Shown here: positions 27,867 to 41,876 of the stretch, piece by piece
How the letters are laid out: each line of letters starts with the position of its first letter
How positions within the stretch are numbered: the stretch's first letter is position 1
Assembly: GCF_009914755.1 (NCBI RefSeq)
Contig: NC_060925.1
Length of the DNA stretch: 64,000 nt
Reading direction: 5' to 3' (one strand)
Source of the DNA: the human T2T-CHM13v2.0 reference genome, Homo sapiens
Program-made: the position numbers and the translations under genes
The notes under the pieces: model-generated
What the model was told of the DNA's origin: nothing
Database searches by the model: none
What the model saw: only the letters and a program-made list of their open reading frames with translations

Positions 27867-28419
27867 TAACAATATTCATATGCATATTTATATGAAATAA
27901 ATCACTATTTCATCTTGTGAAACTGTCAATTTACTAAATATACATGCACAAACCCACATCCTTCATGGCATCTCATATTCAGTGATATCTTTATTCTGAC
28001 TAGGATATTAATACGCATCTCTGTGTAAGATTTGAAAGCAGAAGATGAAAAAAAGCACTTCTGGCTGTGGATGACAGTAGTGGTGTCCCAGTATCATTTT
28101 TGTTAAGACCCAAGCAATGGTACTAACAATAGCAGTCCCTCAAGCAGCAGTAATTATAATTTCATGGGTTCAGCCTGGAGGAGTAGTAGCTTCATATATT
28201 CTGAATAACACCAGGTTTCCACTTTTGTCCTTTGGAGCCATTTTTAAAGGATTTTTTTTCCTTTTTTTCCTTACACTGACTTACAGGGAAGTTGAGCAAA
28301 ATTTCAATGTTCTTTTTTCATTTAAAACTTTATTTAAAATTTATTAAAAGTTATTTATATAACATTATTTAAGCTTTATTTACAGTTCTTTAAATAAAGT
28401 TAATTAAGTTTTATTTAAA

Positions 28420-28537
28420 GCTTCCTTTGTTTTTTCCTTCCTCCCTGCCTTCCTTCCTTTTGTCTTCCTTCCTTCTTTCCTTTAGTCTTCCTTCCTTTCT
28501 TCCTTCCAGCATCTGCAGATAACATGTATATATATAG

Positions 28538-28572
<35 letters not shown>

Positions 28573-28580
28573 CACACACA
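28420..28580. repeat. (CTTC)n low-complexity tract followed by a (TG)n/(CA)n microsatellite
   Basis: Seen directly; the TG run is about 28540-28569. Confidence 0.9.
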
Positions 28581-29268
28581 CTAGAAACATACTAGTTTTC
28601 AGGGAAACAAAAAGGAACAAGATGTAATCCATTTTTCTAAGGAGTTTAAGTCTATGGTAAGAAGGTCACTTATCCAAATAATTTCATAAAGTTGTATAAC
28701 AAATATCATAGTAGAAATACATTTAAAGTGTCAAGTGAAGAAACAATTGATTATACGTCGGTGCTTGGAAATAAATAAAATAAACAAATTAAAGTAATAG
28801 TTAATTGAAATAGCACATTATATCTTCATTGTTTTTAAGATTTCAGTTCTAAGTAGCAACACTGAGAGTGGGCTAGGAACAAAGCGCATTTAAAGAAATA
28901 TTCTGTGGAAGTTCAGGCTTATGAACTTGACACCAGAACCATACATCTTTATCTTTATAACACATAATTCTTGATTTTTGTAAATCTCTACTTGTTCTTG
29001 TTGCCTATCCCCTTCAGTTTGATGTAAGTCATCCATATATAATCTTTGTGTGGATACATTTTTTACTATAGCATTATAAGCCCTTTACACACATCATTTT
29101 TTTCTCTTCTAGATGTTATTTTCTGCATGCATTATTCTGATAAAATTTAAAAAATATTTTAACATAGATCCTTTAGAATTACTTTAGTCATAAAACGTAA
29201 AATAATTGTTTTCTAATGTAATATTAGTTTCAGATAAAAATTTGTTTTTAGATATTCATCTTACTTTC

Positions 29269-29571
29269 TTTTTTTTTTTTTTTTTTTTTGAGATGGAGTC
29301 TCACCCTGTCTCCCAGGCTGGAGTGCAGTGGTGCGATCTCGGCTCACTGCAACCTCCACCTCTCGGGTTCAAGTGACTTTCGCACCTAAGTCTCCCAAGT
29401 AGTTGCGACTACAGGTGCGTGCCACCACACCCAGCTAATTTTTGTGTTTTTACTAGAAACGGAATTTCTCCATGTTGGCCAGGCTGGTCTCGAACTCCTG
29501 ACCTCAGGTGATCCATCCAACTAGTCCTCCCAAAGTGCTGGGGTGGCAGGTGTTAGCCACTGTGCCCAGCC
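29269..29571 (-). mobile_element. AluS (Sx/Sz-like), full length
   Basis: Poly-T, dimer, CTCCTGACCTCAGGTGATCC. TSD core CATCTTA at 29257-29263 and 29572-29578. Confidence 0.93.
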
Positions 29572-29737
29572 CATCTTAGCTTTTAAAATAAAATGAGTTT
29601 ACTTTATTTTTTAGACTAATTTCATGCTAACAGAAAAATTGAGCAGAAAGTACAGTATTAAAACCAGGGATAAGGTCATATTCAGTTTTGGCCACTTATT
29701 AAACTGAAGTTGTTTTCAAGTATTTTATACAATTTAC

Positions 29738-29962
29738 AATAGAGTCCTTTAAGCTTCTAACAATTGACATAGTAAACCAAATAATTTTTTGGTCGCAGGA
29801 AACCATCCAGTACATTGTAGAATGTTTAACAGTATTTCTGAATTCTATCAGCTAAATACTAGCAGTATGTCATGCTCCTTTGAGTTTTGACAACAAAATA
29901 TGTCTTCAGATTATGCCAAATATTCCTTTAGAGGCAAAATTGCCCCTGGTTGACAAACACTA
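29738..29962. mobile_element. MER20 (hAT-Charlie)
   Basis: CATTGTAGAATGTTTAACAG...TGACAACAAAATATGTCTTCAGATTATGCCAAATATTCC...GGCAAAATTGCCCCTGGTTGACAAACACT follows the MER20 consensus. Confidence 0.75.
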
Positions 29963-31010
29963 GCTTAGAGAATTGCTGCAACTTTCAACTATTTTTAATA
30001 AATTCTAAAACTATAGATTATATATCAGAACATTTTGATTTAAATAAATATAGCTTCAAATGTTATTTATAAAATTCATTATCCTCAAATAAAGTATTAG
30101 TAAGTACAAATTATAGTTAAGGTGTAAACAAAATACTTTTGTCCTTAGTAATAAATACACCATTGCTTTTGGAAAAATGTTCATTCTATTGTAAGCCTGT
30201 CAGTTTGTTTCAGATTCACTTACATATTTTTTCAGGGAAAAAATAAAGTGCACAGGATCCTCAATTCGATATCCAAGATGATTTTTAAGTGTTTGTCTAT
30301 AATTGTACCCCCTAAATTTCAAGCGCCTGTTTTGATGATTGAGAAACTCACAGGGTTTATAGTTAAAATACACATTAAACTCTAATGATTCTTTGGCTTT
30401 ACCTAATTTGGCAAACCAAAATGAGACCACAGGCAATTTAACAAGGCTTACAATAAGACGACAGTCTGCTTGCTCTGCTTTCTTAAGTCTACTATATCTA
30501 ACATTTTTGCAGTAATAAAACCTACTCTTCCTACAGGCATGCAAATGTCAATAAATTAAAAAAATGAATGAATGGACAAAAAGTTGTTCAAAATTGTCAG
30601 TCATTAGATAATAGGTTAAGGGATTAAGATAAATGTAAACAGACTAAGAAATGGCATAGTTCTATATCTTAAAACCTAAATAGCCACTCTGACACTCCTA
30701 CCATTGCTACCCAGAAAGAATCCTAGGAGAACTGTATGTAGAGAAGAAAGTTAGGAAAGAAAATAAACCTCAAAAGTATTCTGAAACTTGAGCATTGAAT
30801 GTTAATAAGCAGGACTGAATTTATGAAAAGCCACACTGCCTATGGTAGAGTTTAGCCTTCTGCCTGAAGCAAAAGAAAACTCCACCAGTGCCTGTCCTTG
30901 CTTCTTGGCCGTCTTTATTCTCCTACTCCTTTAGCCAGAAAAACAGTAAGACTGAAGCTTGGTTATAAAATGCCTTCACAACACAGTAAAGACTGGCTCC
31001 TTAAGACATG

Positions 31011-31214
31011 TGTCATTATCATTATAACATGTCCTTGTTTGTGTCTAGAAACAGTTTTTTTTTAAACTTAAATTCTATGTAGTCTTATGTTAGTTTAGCC
31101 ATTCCAGGATAATGACATGTCATTATCATTATAACATGTCCTTGTTTATGCCTAGAAACAGGTTTTTTTTTTAACTTAAATTCTATGTAGTCTTATGTTA
31201 GTTTAGCCATTCCA
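31011..31214. repeat. Tandem duplication of about 96 bp with an 11-bp inverted filler
   Basis: Copy 1 at 31011-31106, filler GGATAATGACA at 31107-31117, copy 2 at 31118-31214; about 4 differences between copies. Confidence 0.95.
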
Positions 31215-32400
31215 AGTTTCTTATTATGCTTATTTGCATGATATATATTTTTTTCATTTTACTTCCCATATATTCATGTTTTTTAATCTAAAGTGTATCT
31301 ACTTTAGATAGTATAGAGTAGATGTGTTTCTAAATCTAGTCTTGTAACCTGTGTCTTTTGAATGCATTGTTTTAATCTACTCCTTTAATGCTCTTATTGG
31401 TATAATTAGGTTTGCAGCCACAATTTCACTTGTTGTTTTCTGCATGATCATACTTTTTTTGTTCCTCTATTCCTCATTTAATACTTTCTTTTCATAAAAC
31501 GAATATGTATTTAATGTGATCTTTTAATTACTTTAATGATTTTTCTTATATTTTGTTGAGTTTCTTTTAGTGGTTGCTCTACAGCTTAGTATACATCTTA
31601 ATATATGACATTCTATTTCAGATTAAAGCTATCTTAACTCCACAAGGTTGTAGAAATGTTTCCCCTATGAAGCACTATTTCCATTACCACTTTATTTTGC
31701 TATTATTGGTATACATATTACACCAACAAATGTTGCAAATTTACCCATACATTTCTAGAATTATTTTTTCATGACATTTTATGTCTTTGAATATAGCTAA
31801 AAAAAATAGAACAGGTGTATATTTATAGATCTTGTTATATTAAAGTTTTAAATGGCCATTTCTGGTTTACTTTATTTGTATCTATGAATTGAACTTACCA
31901 TCTAATGTTATTTTCTTAGTCTAATACAGCTTTGTTCCCACATATCTTCTTTGTGCAGTTATTGGCAGTATACAAATATTGCATTTCTATATGTTAAATG
32001 GCAACAATATAGTCATACATGTACAGTTTTATACAATTGCTTTTTTAAATCAGTTAAGAGGATAAGTATGCATTTATACATTATTTTATAGTTACATATT
32101 TACCTTTATTTGTTCTTTTTCTCTTTTCATCTGCATTGAATAACTGACTGTGGATATGTGCTTTCAGTCTGAAGAACTTTCTTTCATATGTCTTTTGAGA
32201 AAGATTTGATAGCTACTTTTGTTTTATTTTGTTTTGTTTTTCGATTGTGCTTTTTTGTAACTGCCTTTTTTAGTCGTAATTTTTTAAAAAGTTTTGCCAG
32301 ATATAATATCCTTGGTTTACAGATTTTTCTTTCTTTTTTTACTTTGAAGACATTATACTACTGCCTTCTCATTTCCACTGTCTATTATGAGAAAAGAGTT
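31011..32400 (-). mobile_element. Old L1 (L1M4/L1MD-type) fragment around the ORF1/ORF2 boundary
   Basis: T-rich reverse L1 text (TCATTATAACATGTCC...TATTTGCATGATATAT...TTTTGCCAGATATAATATCCTTGGTTTACAG). Confidence 0.65.
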
Positions 32401-32800
32401 GTCAAAAAGGAATATGTCAACTACATTAAAGTAAAAAAAAAATATATGTTGTTGAGTCCTTGTAATTAAAATATAGGAAATGATGGTATTTTTTGTAGAA
32501 ACATGTAAGAAGACATGGATGTCAGACAATATATGGGTCATCACCAGACACAGAGGGTAAAAGCCTGGAAATAGTTAATAGCAGCAAACTCAGCTTATAT
32601 ATTTAAAGATTTTCTCTGTGAAGAAGTATCTGCAAACTACAGTGGGAAGACATATATTGGGTATAACTATCCCTGATTGCCAGTACTCATCAATCTAACA
32701 AATTAAATAGCAAGAATTAATAATCATTGCTGATACAGTTTCAATGGCAGTACAGAGCTAAGGAGGAGATTAGATTTGTTGGTGATATAAAAATTATATA

Positions 32801-32973
<173 letters not shown>

Positions 32974-33869
32974 TTACAGAGAGGAGATGTAAATTTGATT
33001 TGTGGACATTTTTACACCAAAAGGTTTGCATAGAAAGCCATAATTAAAACTTAGTATATGTTGCTCCCTCAAACTAGTGATATTTTGCTCTAGATGCTTA
33101 GTTGATTAGACATGTTCCAGAAACTGAACCACAAAAGAATAAAAAGAAAACTATTTGATTTCAGGTTGAAATATGTTATGGAATCTGAGAGGAAAAGGGT
33201 ACTCCAAGAAAGACCCAGGAATTTGGTGGTGGAAAATTGTGATATCTTTACTCATTTCCAAATATTTCCAGAAAATATAAGTATTTTAAATACCATCTTG
33301 AAGAAGTTTGTATAGGGTAAATATTTTTCAGCTTCTCAATAGAAAATATTTACCAATTTAAGTTGAAGATTATAGGAATGTAAACTTCTAGAGAAAAATT
33401 AGTCATTTTAGTCAAACTAAAAATGATAAGCTTTTCTCTTGTTCTAGTATTTATTTTCTCTCTTTATATCACTGATGCGGTTAATGTTATAGTCTCTGGC
33501 TAGGAACGCTAATGGTTTTCTAAAGTATGAATTATATCTGATTTTGATGAGACCCCATTGCATGCATTGGTCAAGGAATTGGTGCACATATTCTAAGTTA
33601 TTTTAGTATTCACATTTAATTCTAAAATTTATATCCAAATATCGTGGATACAGTGATCTTCCTAGTGTACTGTTATTTAAAATCAATTAAATCATTAATT
33701 TCCATAATACTTATTCTCATTAAATTCACTTTGAATGTATCTATTTTACAGATAAGGAATTAGTGTGTAGGAAAGGTAAGTAACAGCTAATATGTACAGA
33801 ATCTGAAATTGAACCTTTCATAGTCTTCCCCAAGAGTTTCTTATTTAAATATTAAGACTGACAAAATAT

Positions 33870-34022
33870 AAAAAAGAAAGAAGAATGAGAAAAGAAAAAA
33901 GAAATGAGAGAAAGAAGGAAAGAAGAAAGGAAGAAAGAAAGATAAAGAAAAAGGGAAGTGGAAAAGGCATGAAGGGGTAAAGAAAGGAAGAAAGCATGAA
34001 GAAAAGAAAGGAAGAGAAACAG
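33870..34022. repeat. GA-rich low-complexity tract
   Basis: Purine-rich AAAG/GAAG run seen directly. Confidence 0.85.
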
Positions 34023-35173
34023 GAATTTTAAAATGGAAAAATATATTAAAAACAGCACTTAGAAAATGTCTTTTAATCATTTCAAATTACCGAAGAACTA
34101 GACATTCAATTAATAAAAATACTATTGAAGAAGGACAAATGAACTTCTAAATACATGAGTAACTTTTATTAGTAACATCAAGTTTGCTTTTAAATTGTTT
34201 AAATTTTTTGGTACAGAGTTAGAGAAAAAAAATTAAAAGAAAGAGACATGAATTTGAGAAAAGAATGATGCCCTTAGCGACCTAGAACTGGCTGAGTTGC
34301 AAAAGATGCTAGATGTAAGAGATAAGAAGGTCAACTTTTTAGAGCAAAGAGGTGAAAAAGAAAAATGAAACTTTTCATTCAGCAGAGTAAGAGATTCTCC
34401 CTCAGGCAGGAATAAGCATTTTCCTGGTTTATTTGCAGAGGCAAAAAATGTACATGGTGACATGATCAAAGAAGGGAAAATCCTGACACACTGACTCTTC
34501 AATGAAAGCACATTTAATAGTGGGAAGGAAATAAGAATAATACATCTTTCATGTACTTTCAGGAACATAAGTCATCACTTTGTACCGTAATAACTGACTC
34601 ACTTATCTGGCAGCTTCAATGTGTCATGCTAAATGACAATAGAGAAATATTTCTCCAAACATATTTTTATTTGTACGTGAGGAAAAAGGATTATATAGTC
34701 TGGGATGCACAGCAATGACAAGCTACAGGTGTATGAAGAAAGGAAAGCACAGTAGGAAGCTTTTCTTGGCCAAAGAGAGAAGTCCAGGTAAACTGCATGG
34801 AAACAAAGTTGATTGGTTCTGGAGGCTCAAAGCAAGAATCAATTTATTGGCAGAGACACTGTTGCTGGGCAGGTTTGTTTTTGAGAGCCTCTTTTCTGAG
34901 GTGATGCAGGCTTAGAGAATGTCTAGCAATACATCTTGTCATAGAAATATGTGTATTCGTGCAAAATGAGCAACTTGTACAAAGGATGAGATGTATGAAA
35001 GAATTTATTGGGGGTTTTATTTACAAAGTTTTTGAGACAGTTCTTATCTCAGACATATAATCATGAGCTCCCCTTCTTTGTGATCTCCCAGATCCAATTT
35101 GTCTGTGTCTGACAAGAGTGACTGCATCTTGGTATCTGTAACTTTCATAAAATGGCATAAAATATACTCATCA

Positions 35174-35643
<470 letters not shown>

Positions 35644-35809
35644 TTACTACATTTCTATTTTTAAAAAGTTAGTGAAAGAGCTTATAATGTGAATGGAGTT
35701 TATAATAGAAGAAATGAAAGAAAGAGGAAAAAAGAATAAGGGAGAAGACATTCTTATTAAATATAAAATTATATAAATGTAGCAATATTTCAGGAAAAAA
35801 GTACAAGCA

Positions 35810-35965
35810 TTTTAAACATTTTGTATAGATGGTCCAGAGATATGACCCATTCTATGACAAGGTTAAAGGTTAAAAATTATTAACTTTTCTGGGCCTACTT
35901 CCTTCTCAGTAAAATGAAGAGGCTGGACTGAATAAACTTTAAATTTCTTCAGCTGTAAGTCCCTC
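35810..35965 (+). mobile_element. MIR fragment
   Basis: ATTAACTTTTCTGGGCCTACTTCCTTCTCAGTAAAATGAAGAGGCTGGACT resembles the MIR core. Confidence 0.5.
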
Positions 35966-36410
35966 TGATTTCATAATTCATTTTCAAAATGTCACTTTGA
36001 TGAGTCTGAAATATATTTAATTTTAGTGAACTCCACCTTCCAAACACAAATTCCTGTGTATTCATGGCTAATCTTTGAAAGTCATATGGGCAAATGAGCA
36101 ATTCAAAAAAGGAAATTAAGAAGACAATTTCATTTGCAATAGCATCAAAATTAATAAAGTACTTCGAAATAGTCTTACCCAAAGAGATGAAAGAGTTGTA
36201 AAGTGAAAACTGCAAAACATTGTTAAAAGAAATTAAAGAAGACACAAATAAATGGAAAGACATCCATGGTCACGGATTGGAAGATTGACTGTTGTTAAGA
36301 TGCCAATATTACTCAAAACAATCTAATATTTAATGCAATCTCTATCAAAATCCCAATGGCATGTTTTTTGGAAATAGAAAAAATCCATCTTAAATTGTAC
36401 ATAAAATATC

Positions 36411-36555
36411 TTCTTTTTTTCTTTCTTTCTTTTTTGTTAGAGCCAGGATCTCCTTATATTGCCCAGACTGGTCTGGAACCCCTGGACCCACTGGATCATC
36501 CTGCTTTGGCCTCCCAAAGTGCTAGCATTACAAGCATGAGCCGCCATGCCCAGCC
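36411..36555 (-). mobile_element. FLAM-type Alu monomer
   Basis: Single reverse monomer. TSD of about 22 bp: CTTAAATTGTACATAAAATATC / CCTAAATTGTATATAAAATCTC. Confidence 0.88.
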
Positions 36556-37646
36556 CCTAAATTGTATATAAAATCTCCAGGCATTCTGAGAAGCCAAAAT
36601 ATTCTTAAAAAGAAATAACATTGAGTCCTCACAATTCCTGATTTCAAAACTTATTACAAAGCTTTAGTAATTAAATTGTGTGTTGTGGACATAAACACAT
36701 ACATATAGAACAAATGAAAAAAGTAAAAAGCCCAGAAATAAACCATTGCATATAGGGTCAAATGATTTCTGACAAGAGTGCCAAGAATATTCAATAGAGA
36801 ATGGACAGTCTTTTAACATACGATGTTGGAAAAACTGGATACCCACATGCAAAAGAATGAAGTTAGATCCTGACCTTATACCACATACAAAATGTAACTC
36901 AAAATGAACCAAATACCTAAATGTAAAAGCTACAACTATTATATTATTACAAAAATCACAGGGAAACAAACTTTATGACACTCGATGCAATAATGTATTG
37001 AATATCATCCCCAAATTACAGACAACATAAGAAATAAGAGCTAAGTCGAACTACGCCAAAATGAAAAAAACTTTCATGAGTCAAATGACACACTCAACAG
37101 GTGAAAAGGCAACCCATGAAATGGTAAAACATATTTTCAAATTTAAGGGTTTAATATCCAAAATGTGTAACTAACTCATATGACTCATCAATAACAACAA
37201 CAAAACGTGGTTCAAATATGAAAATGGACAAAGGTTAAGAGATATTTCTTGAAAGCAAACATACAAATGGCCAATAAGCACATGAAAAATGCTCAGCATC
37301 ACTGACCATTAAGGAAATTAGATACAAAACCACAATGAGATAACACTTCACACCTATATGGTGGCTACTATAAAAAAAAACTCAGAAAATATCAATTGTT
37401 GATAAAGATATGAAGAAATTTGAACTCTTGTGCACTATTGGTGAGAATGTAAAATTGTGCAGCTGCTATGAAAAACAGTTACTGTGGTTCCTCAAAAAGT
37501 TAAATATAGAATTACCACATGATCTAGCAGTTTCTCTTCTTGGTATATACCCGAAGAAATTAAATGCAGAGTCTTGAAGAGATATTTGTACACCCATGTT
37601 CATGGCTAAATTATTCACAATAGCTAAAATGCTAAAACAATTCAAG

Positions 37647-38055
37647 TACTATGGTTTGGATATAGTTTGTTTTCTGTTGAAATTTGATCCGCAGTGTTGG
37701 AGACAGGGCCTCATGGGAGGAGTTTGAGTTGTGGGGCCGATCCCTTATTAATAGCTTAGAGCTGTTCTCCTAGTAATGAGTAAATTCTCACACTGTGAGC
37801 TCCCTAAAGAACTGCTTGTTAAAAAAAAAGCCCAGCACCCCAGCCCCTCTCTCTTCCTTCCTCTCTTGATATGTGATAATCACTCCTCTTCACCTTCTGC
37901 CATGAGTGGAAGCTTCCTGAGACCCTCACCAGAAGTAGATGCTGATACTATGTCTCTTGTGCAGCCTGCTGAACCATGAGCCAAATAAACTTCTTTTCTT
38001 TATAAATTACCCAACCTCAGGTATTTCTTAATAGCAACACAAATGAATGAAGACA
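37647..38055 (+). mobile_element. MSTB-type MaLR solo LTR
   Basis: TACTATGGTTTGGATAT...CCATGAGCCAAATAAACTTCTTTTCTTTATAAATTACCCAACCTCAGGTATT...AAGACA. Decayed 5-bp TSD TCAAG/CCTAG splits the L1 text. Confidence 0.88.
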
Positions 38056-40141
38056 CCTAGTGTCCATTAATGGAAAAATGAATAAACAAAATGGATGTAG
38101 TATATATGTGGTACATACATACATACAATGGAATATCATTCAGCCTTCTTAAGGAAGAAAATTTTGACACATGCTACAGTAGGAATAAACTTCGTGGACA
38201 TTATGCTAAGGGAAATTAACCAGTACCAAAAAATAATACTATAAACTAATTATTCTACAGCCATAAGTACTTAGAATAGTCACATTTATGGAGAAAGAAA
38301 GTAGAACTTTGACTGCCAGGGACTAGGAGAAGAGGAGAATGGGGAGTTATGTAACGTAATTCCACATTTCAGTTTTGTGAGAAGAAGAGGGTTCTTGAGA
38401 TTGGTTGCACAACAACGTGAATATATTTACCCAATTGAACTGTACACTTTAAAATATTTGAGATGATATACTTCAGTTCTGTGCGACAATTAAAAATCCT
38501 AATTAAAAAAGTAAGAGCTGTGTGAGCCATTTTTTTCTACCTTCCCCTATTAGCTCCATACCTTTTTGTCAAATCCAAAGATAATTTTATATTAGATAAG
38601 TAGTTTCTCTCTGCTTGTACCTTGGTACCAATGACAGTCTTCTCATATTCTTGTTACCTCTTTCCAATTTATGCTTCGCATAGCATATGCTAGCTTAAGT
38701 TCAGGGAAATATTTTATGATCTGCTCCATCACTTTTTCTGTTCAAAGTGTGAGCTCATACACTGGGAAGAGATGCAAACACCTGGAGCGTATAATTGCTG
38801 GTTTCTCTTCTCTGAGCATGACCAAGACAAAGGCAGCTCTTTTATGAACACAAGATAGAGACTGGGGAATCAGGTTCTGTGTAGGTTCAGAGACCATTAA
38901 AGGTGATGCATTGTCCTGTCTTGAATTGACAGATGAAGAGCATGAATTAGATTCCCTGAAAAAGTTAGGGTTTCAGTCAAAGCTCTCCAAATGACATCAT
39001 TGAGTAAAGAATTTAGAACCCTCTCAGGAATCCCATTTGGTTTATATTACTGATAACGTTAGTTCAGAATGAGCTTCTTTGGTAAAAACTGGGCAACGCT
39101 AGTCTCTTTCTGTTTATCTGTCCTTTTTCATTAGTATTGGTCTTAACAATAGCACCCTTGACATCTAGCTTGATTTTCTCTTCCTTAAGATGCAAGTTGC
39201 TCACCTACTCAGAGCTTCTTCCTGCTCTTTCCCTGCTGGTGCTCACAATTAGATGGTCTTGGCCCAAATTGTGGAGTTGCAAGTGACACCTTTCCCTGGG
39301 TGAATTTGCTAGCCGGTGCTGTGAGACAAACAAATTTTGGGGGTTAATGCCTAGCCCTAATGAAGGAAGTTTTAAAATTAGAATTCTAATAATGCTATTT
39401 TTCCACTTAAAGATAATAGACTACTTCTTGACTGACTGCAGAAATCTTTCTGAGGTTTTCAAAGGAAAGAACTGCTAACAAGTAAGTCTGGTAGAAGGTA
39501 TGTTTTCTAGTTGGGGTCTCATATCTTTTCATAGACCTCCCAGGGCCACCTTAGCATCTCTAAATGAGTAATTAGCACTTTCCCTGCTGATTTAAAATAA
39601 TGGAAACCCTAACTATACAAGGCCAAAATTTGGGAACAGTTCATATTAGATGCTAACCTTTTTTTTGAAAAGCTTCATTCTTTAATTTGCACTGGTCTAT
39701 AAAGAAATTAATTGCTCTCATATCCAGAATGCACACATCAGTGGAAAAAAAACAAGACCAAAATAAAATTAAGTGCAAGTATTTTTCTTCAGATAGGTGG
39801 CATTTGTTGTAAAATTAAGTATACTCTTGAACATTTATGGTTATAACTTAATACTTTTGTAACTAATAAATAAAATATATGCCATACTTGATTCTCTTAT
39901 TAAGCAAAATCTTTATCAGATTTCCATCTAAAATATTTTCTGTACAATTAGCAGACATTATATTTGTTTTATATATTGCATATAAATTCAGAAAAAAATG
40001 TATATTATGAAACCAAAGATGACACATGACTTTTAAAAACAACTTATTTACTTGAAAGTTATTAGTGTGTTACATACTCTGATTAACTAGGTAGGATTGT
40101 CCAGACAAACCCATTTACTCATTCATTTAAAAACAAAATTT

Positions 40142-40472
40142 GGGCGGGGTAATGTGGGTCATGCCTGTAATCCCAGCATTCTGGGAGACTGAGTTAAGTG
40201 GATCCCTTGAGCCCAGGAGTTTGCAACCCGCATGGGCAACATAGTAAGATTCCATCTCTACAAAAATATGTACTTTTAAACTTAGCTGAGCATGGTGGCA
40301 TGTGTTTGTAGTCCCAGGTTCTGAGGGAGGATAAGGTGGGAGAATCACTTGAGCCTGGGAGGTTGAGGCTGAATGAACTGTGATTGTGCCACTGCATTCC
40401 AGCCTGGGTGACAGTGACACCATGTCTTAAAAAAATTAAAAATTAAAAATTGAAAAAAAAGAAAAATAGAAA
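40142..40472 (+). mobile_element. AluJ, full length
   Basis: J-type diagnostics and a perfect 14-bp TSD TAAAAACAAAATTT (40128-40141, 40473-40486). Confidence 0.92.
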
Positions 40473-40809
40473 TAAAAACAAAATTTACCAAGCACAGATC
40501 AGGTACGGAAATTATGCTAGGAGAAAAGTAAAATTGTGTATTTGACTATCAGCCAGAATTCTGTCCATCATATTTCACTGAAATAGCATTGAATAAATTT
40601 ATCTTCCAGTTCATTTTCTTAACATTAAATTCATCATTATGGATTATCAACATCTTATTGCAATGTAGTATACATTTAATGTCCTTATTAAATATTTACC
40701 AAAATATATGTTAGGATTTTAGATTGCAGAGACATGTAATGATTTAGTCTTTCTTATTTAGAATATATTCTTGAAACAATATAAATGCTAATTTTATTTC
40801 AGTAAAAGC

Positions 40810-40970
40810 CTTATAGCATTTAGTCCTCATTAAGAACCAGTGAGACACAGAATGTTATCATCCTCATCTTACAGATGTGGAAACTGCTGCAACACAGAGT
40901 GGTTGAATAACATTCCGAAGATTAGAAAATGGTAGAACCCTGTTATTTCAGTTGTAGAAGCTGTGCCCTT
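40810..40970 (-). mobile_element. MIR fragment
   Basis: TTTAGTCCTCATTAAGAACCAGTGAG...TTATCATCCTCATCTTACAGATGTGGAAACTG. Confidence 0.65.
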
Positions 40971-41084
40971 CTTCATTATGTTGTGCTCCCTGTACAAGCA
41001 GGAGCTAGAAAAGAAAGCATATAGGCAGCAGTTGTCTAGATAAAATAAGAAGAAAACTTGAAGTCCTGAAATGGGAAAAATCAC

Positions 41085-41086
<2 letters not shown>

Positions 41087-41120
<34 letters not shown>

Positions 41121-41232
41121 GCGGGGGGACGGAGTCTCGCTCTCTTGCCCAGGCTGGAGTCCAGTGGCGCGATCTCAGCTCACTGCAAGCTCCGCCTCCT
41201 GGGTTCACGCCATTCTCCTGCCTCAGCCTCCC
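41087..41232 (-). mobile_element. 5'-truncated AluY (3' part of the right monomer)
   Basis: T33 tail, Y diagnostics GCAAGCTCCGCCTCC and TTCACGCCATTCTCC, CpGs mostly retained. TSD core TCACTA at 41081-41086 and 41233-41238. Confidence 0.9.
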
Positions 41233-41844
41233 TCACTACTCTTTAAATACAATTAATTAGTAATGTGAAAAAGGACCTTAGATATAAGCCAGCACAGCTA
41301 TATAGAATCTTGTAAACTACATTAAGACGATCCAATTTTAGCTTCACAGTCATGGAGCTTACAGAGGAAACATTTTTCTGCACCCTGGGGGTAAAAAAGA
41401 AAATGTGACATAATTATACTTCATTAAAAAGCAATATTTCTCTGCTACTCTTTGAAAAGATTTAGGGGAAGGGTAAGAGTATGAGCACTGAGTATGTTTG
41501 GTAAAACAGATCTCAGTTAACCAGCTGTGAGAGTATGCCAGAGTCAACCACAGAAATAAGTGAAAAAAGGAGGAAGCAAATAGATGCAATAATTTCAATA
41601 AGTGATGTTTAAGTACTTGACAATAAATTAGTAGGGAATGAAGGAGGGAATGAGCAGGAAATGATGACTCTCCTTTTCTACTTTGGGAAACTTAGTAATG
41701 AAGAGATGCAGGAGAAGCAATATGTTGGGATAGTCAGAAAAATAGTATATTAAATAGTTTGCCTTTAAGTTAAATTTGAAGTAGCTAGGATATACTTTAT
41801 TGAAGAGATTTAATATGTCGTTGATGTACAAGTGTCTAAGACAT

Positions 41845-41873
<29 letters not shown>
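41845..41873. repeat. (CA)14 microsatellite
   Basis: Seen directly. Confidence 0.95.

Positions 41874-41876
<3 letters not shown>

Larger units (their letters stand above)
36085..38510 (+). mobile_element. 5'-truncated LINE-1 (L1MB-type), interrupted by FLAM and MSTB
   Basis: 3' ORF2 text (GAAATTAAAGAAGACACAAATAAATGGAAAGACATCC) and an L1MB 3'UTR (GAGATTGGTTGCACAACAACGTGAATATATTTA...GAACTGTACACTT). Confidence 0.88.

Noticed and set aside
30200-30544. 114-aa ORF in unique sequence (also 34233-34568 and 42950-43300)
   Set aside because: No recognisable domain or clear exon structure; the lengths are compatible with chance.
33841-34080. Phe/Ser/Leu-rich membrane-protein-like ORFs (also 55516-55955)
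   Set aside because: Translation of polypyrimidine low-complexity tracts.
38700-39400. Repeat-poor stretch that might hold lncRNA exons
   Set aside because: No splice or motif pattern strong enough to call from sequence alone.
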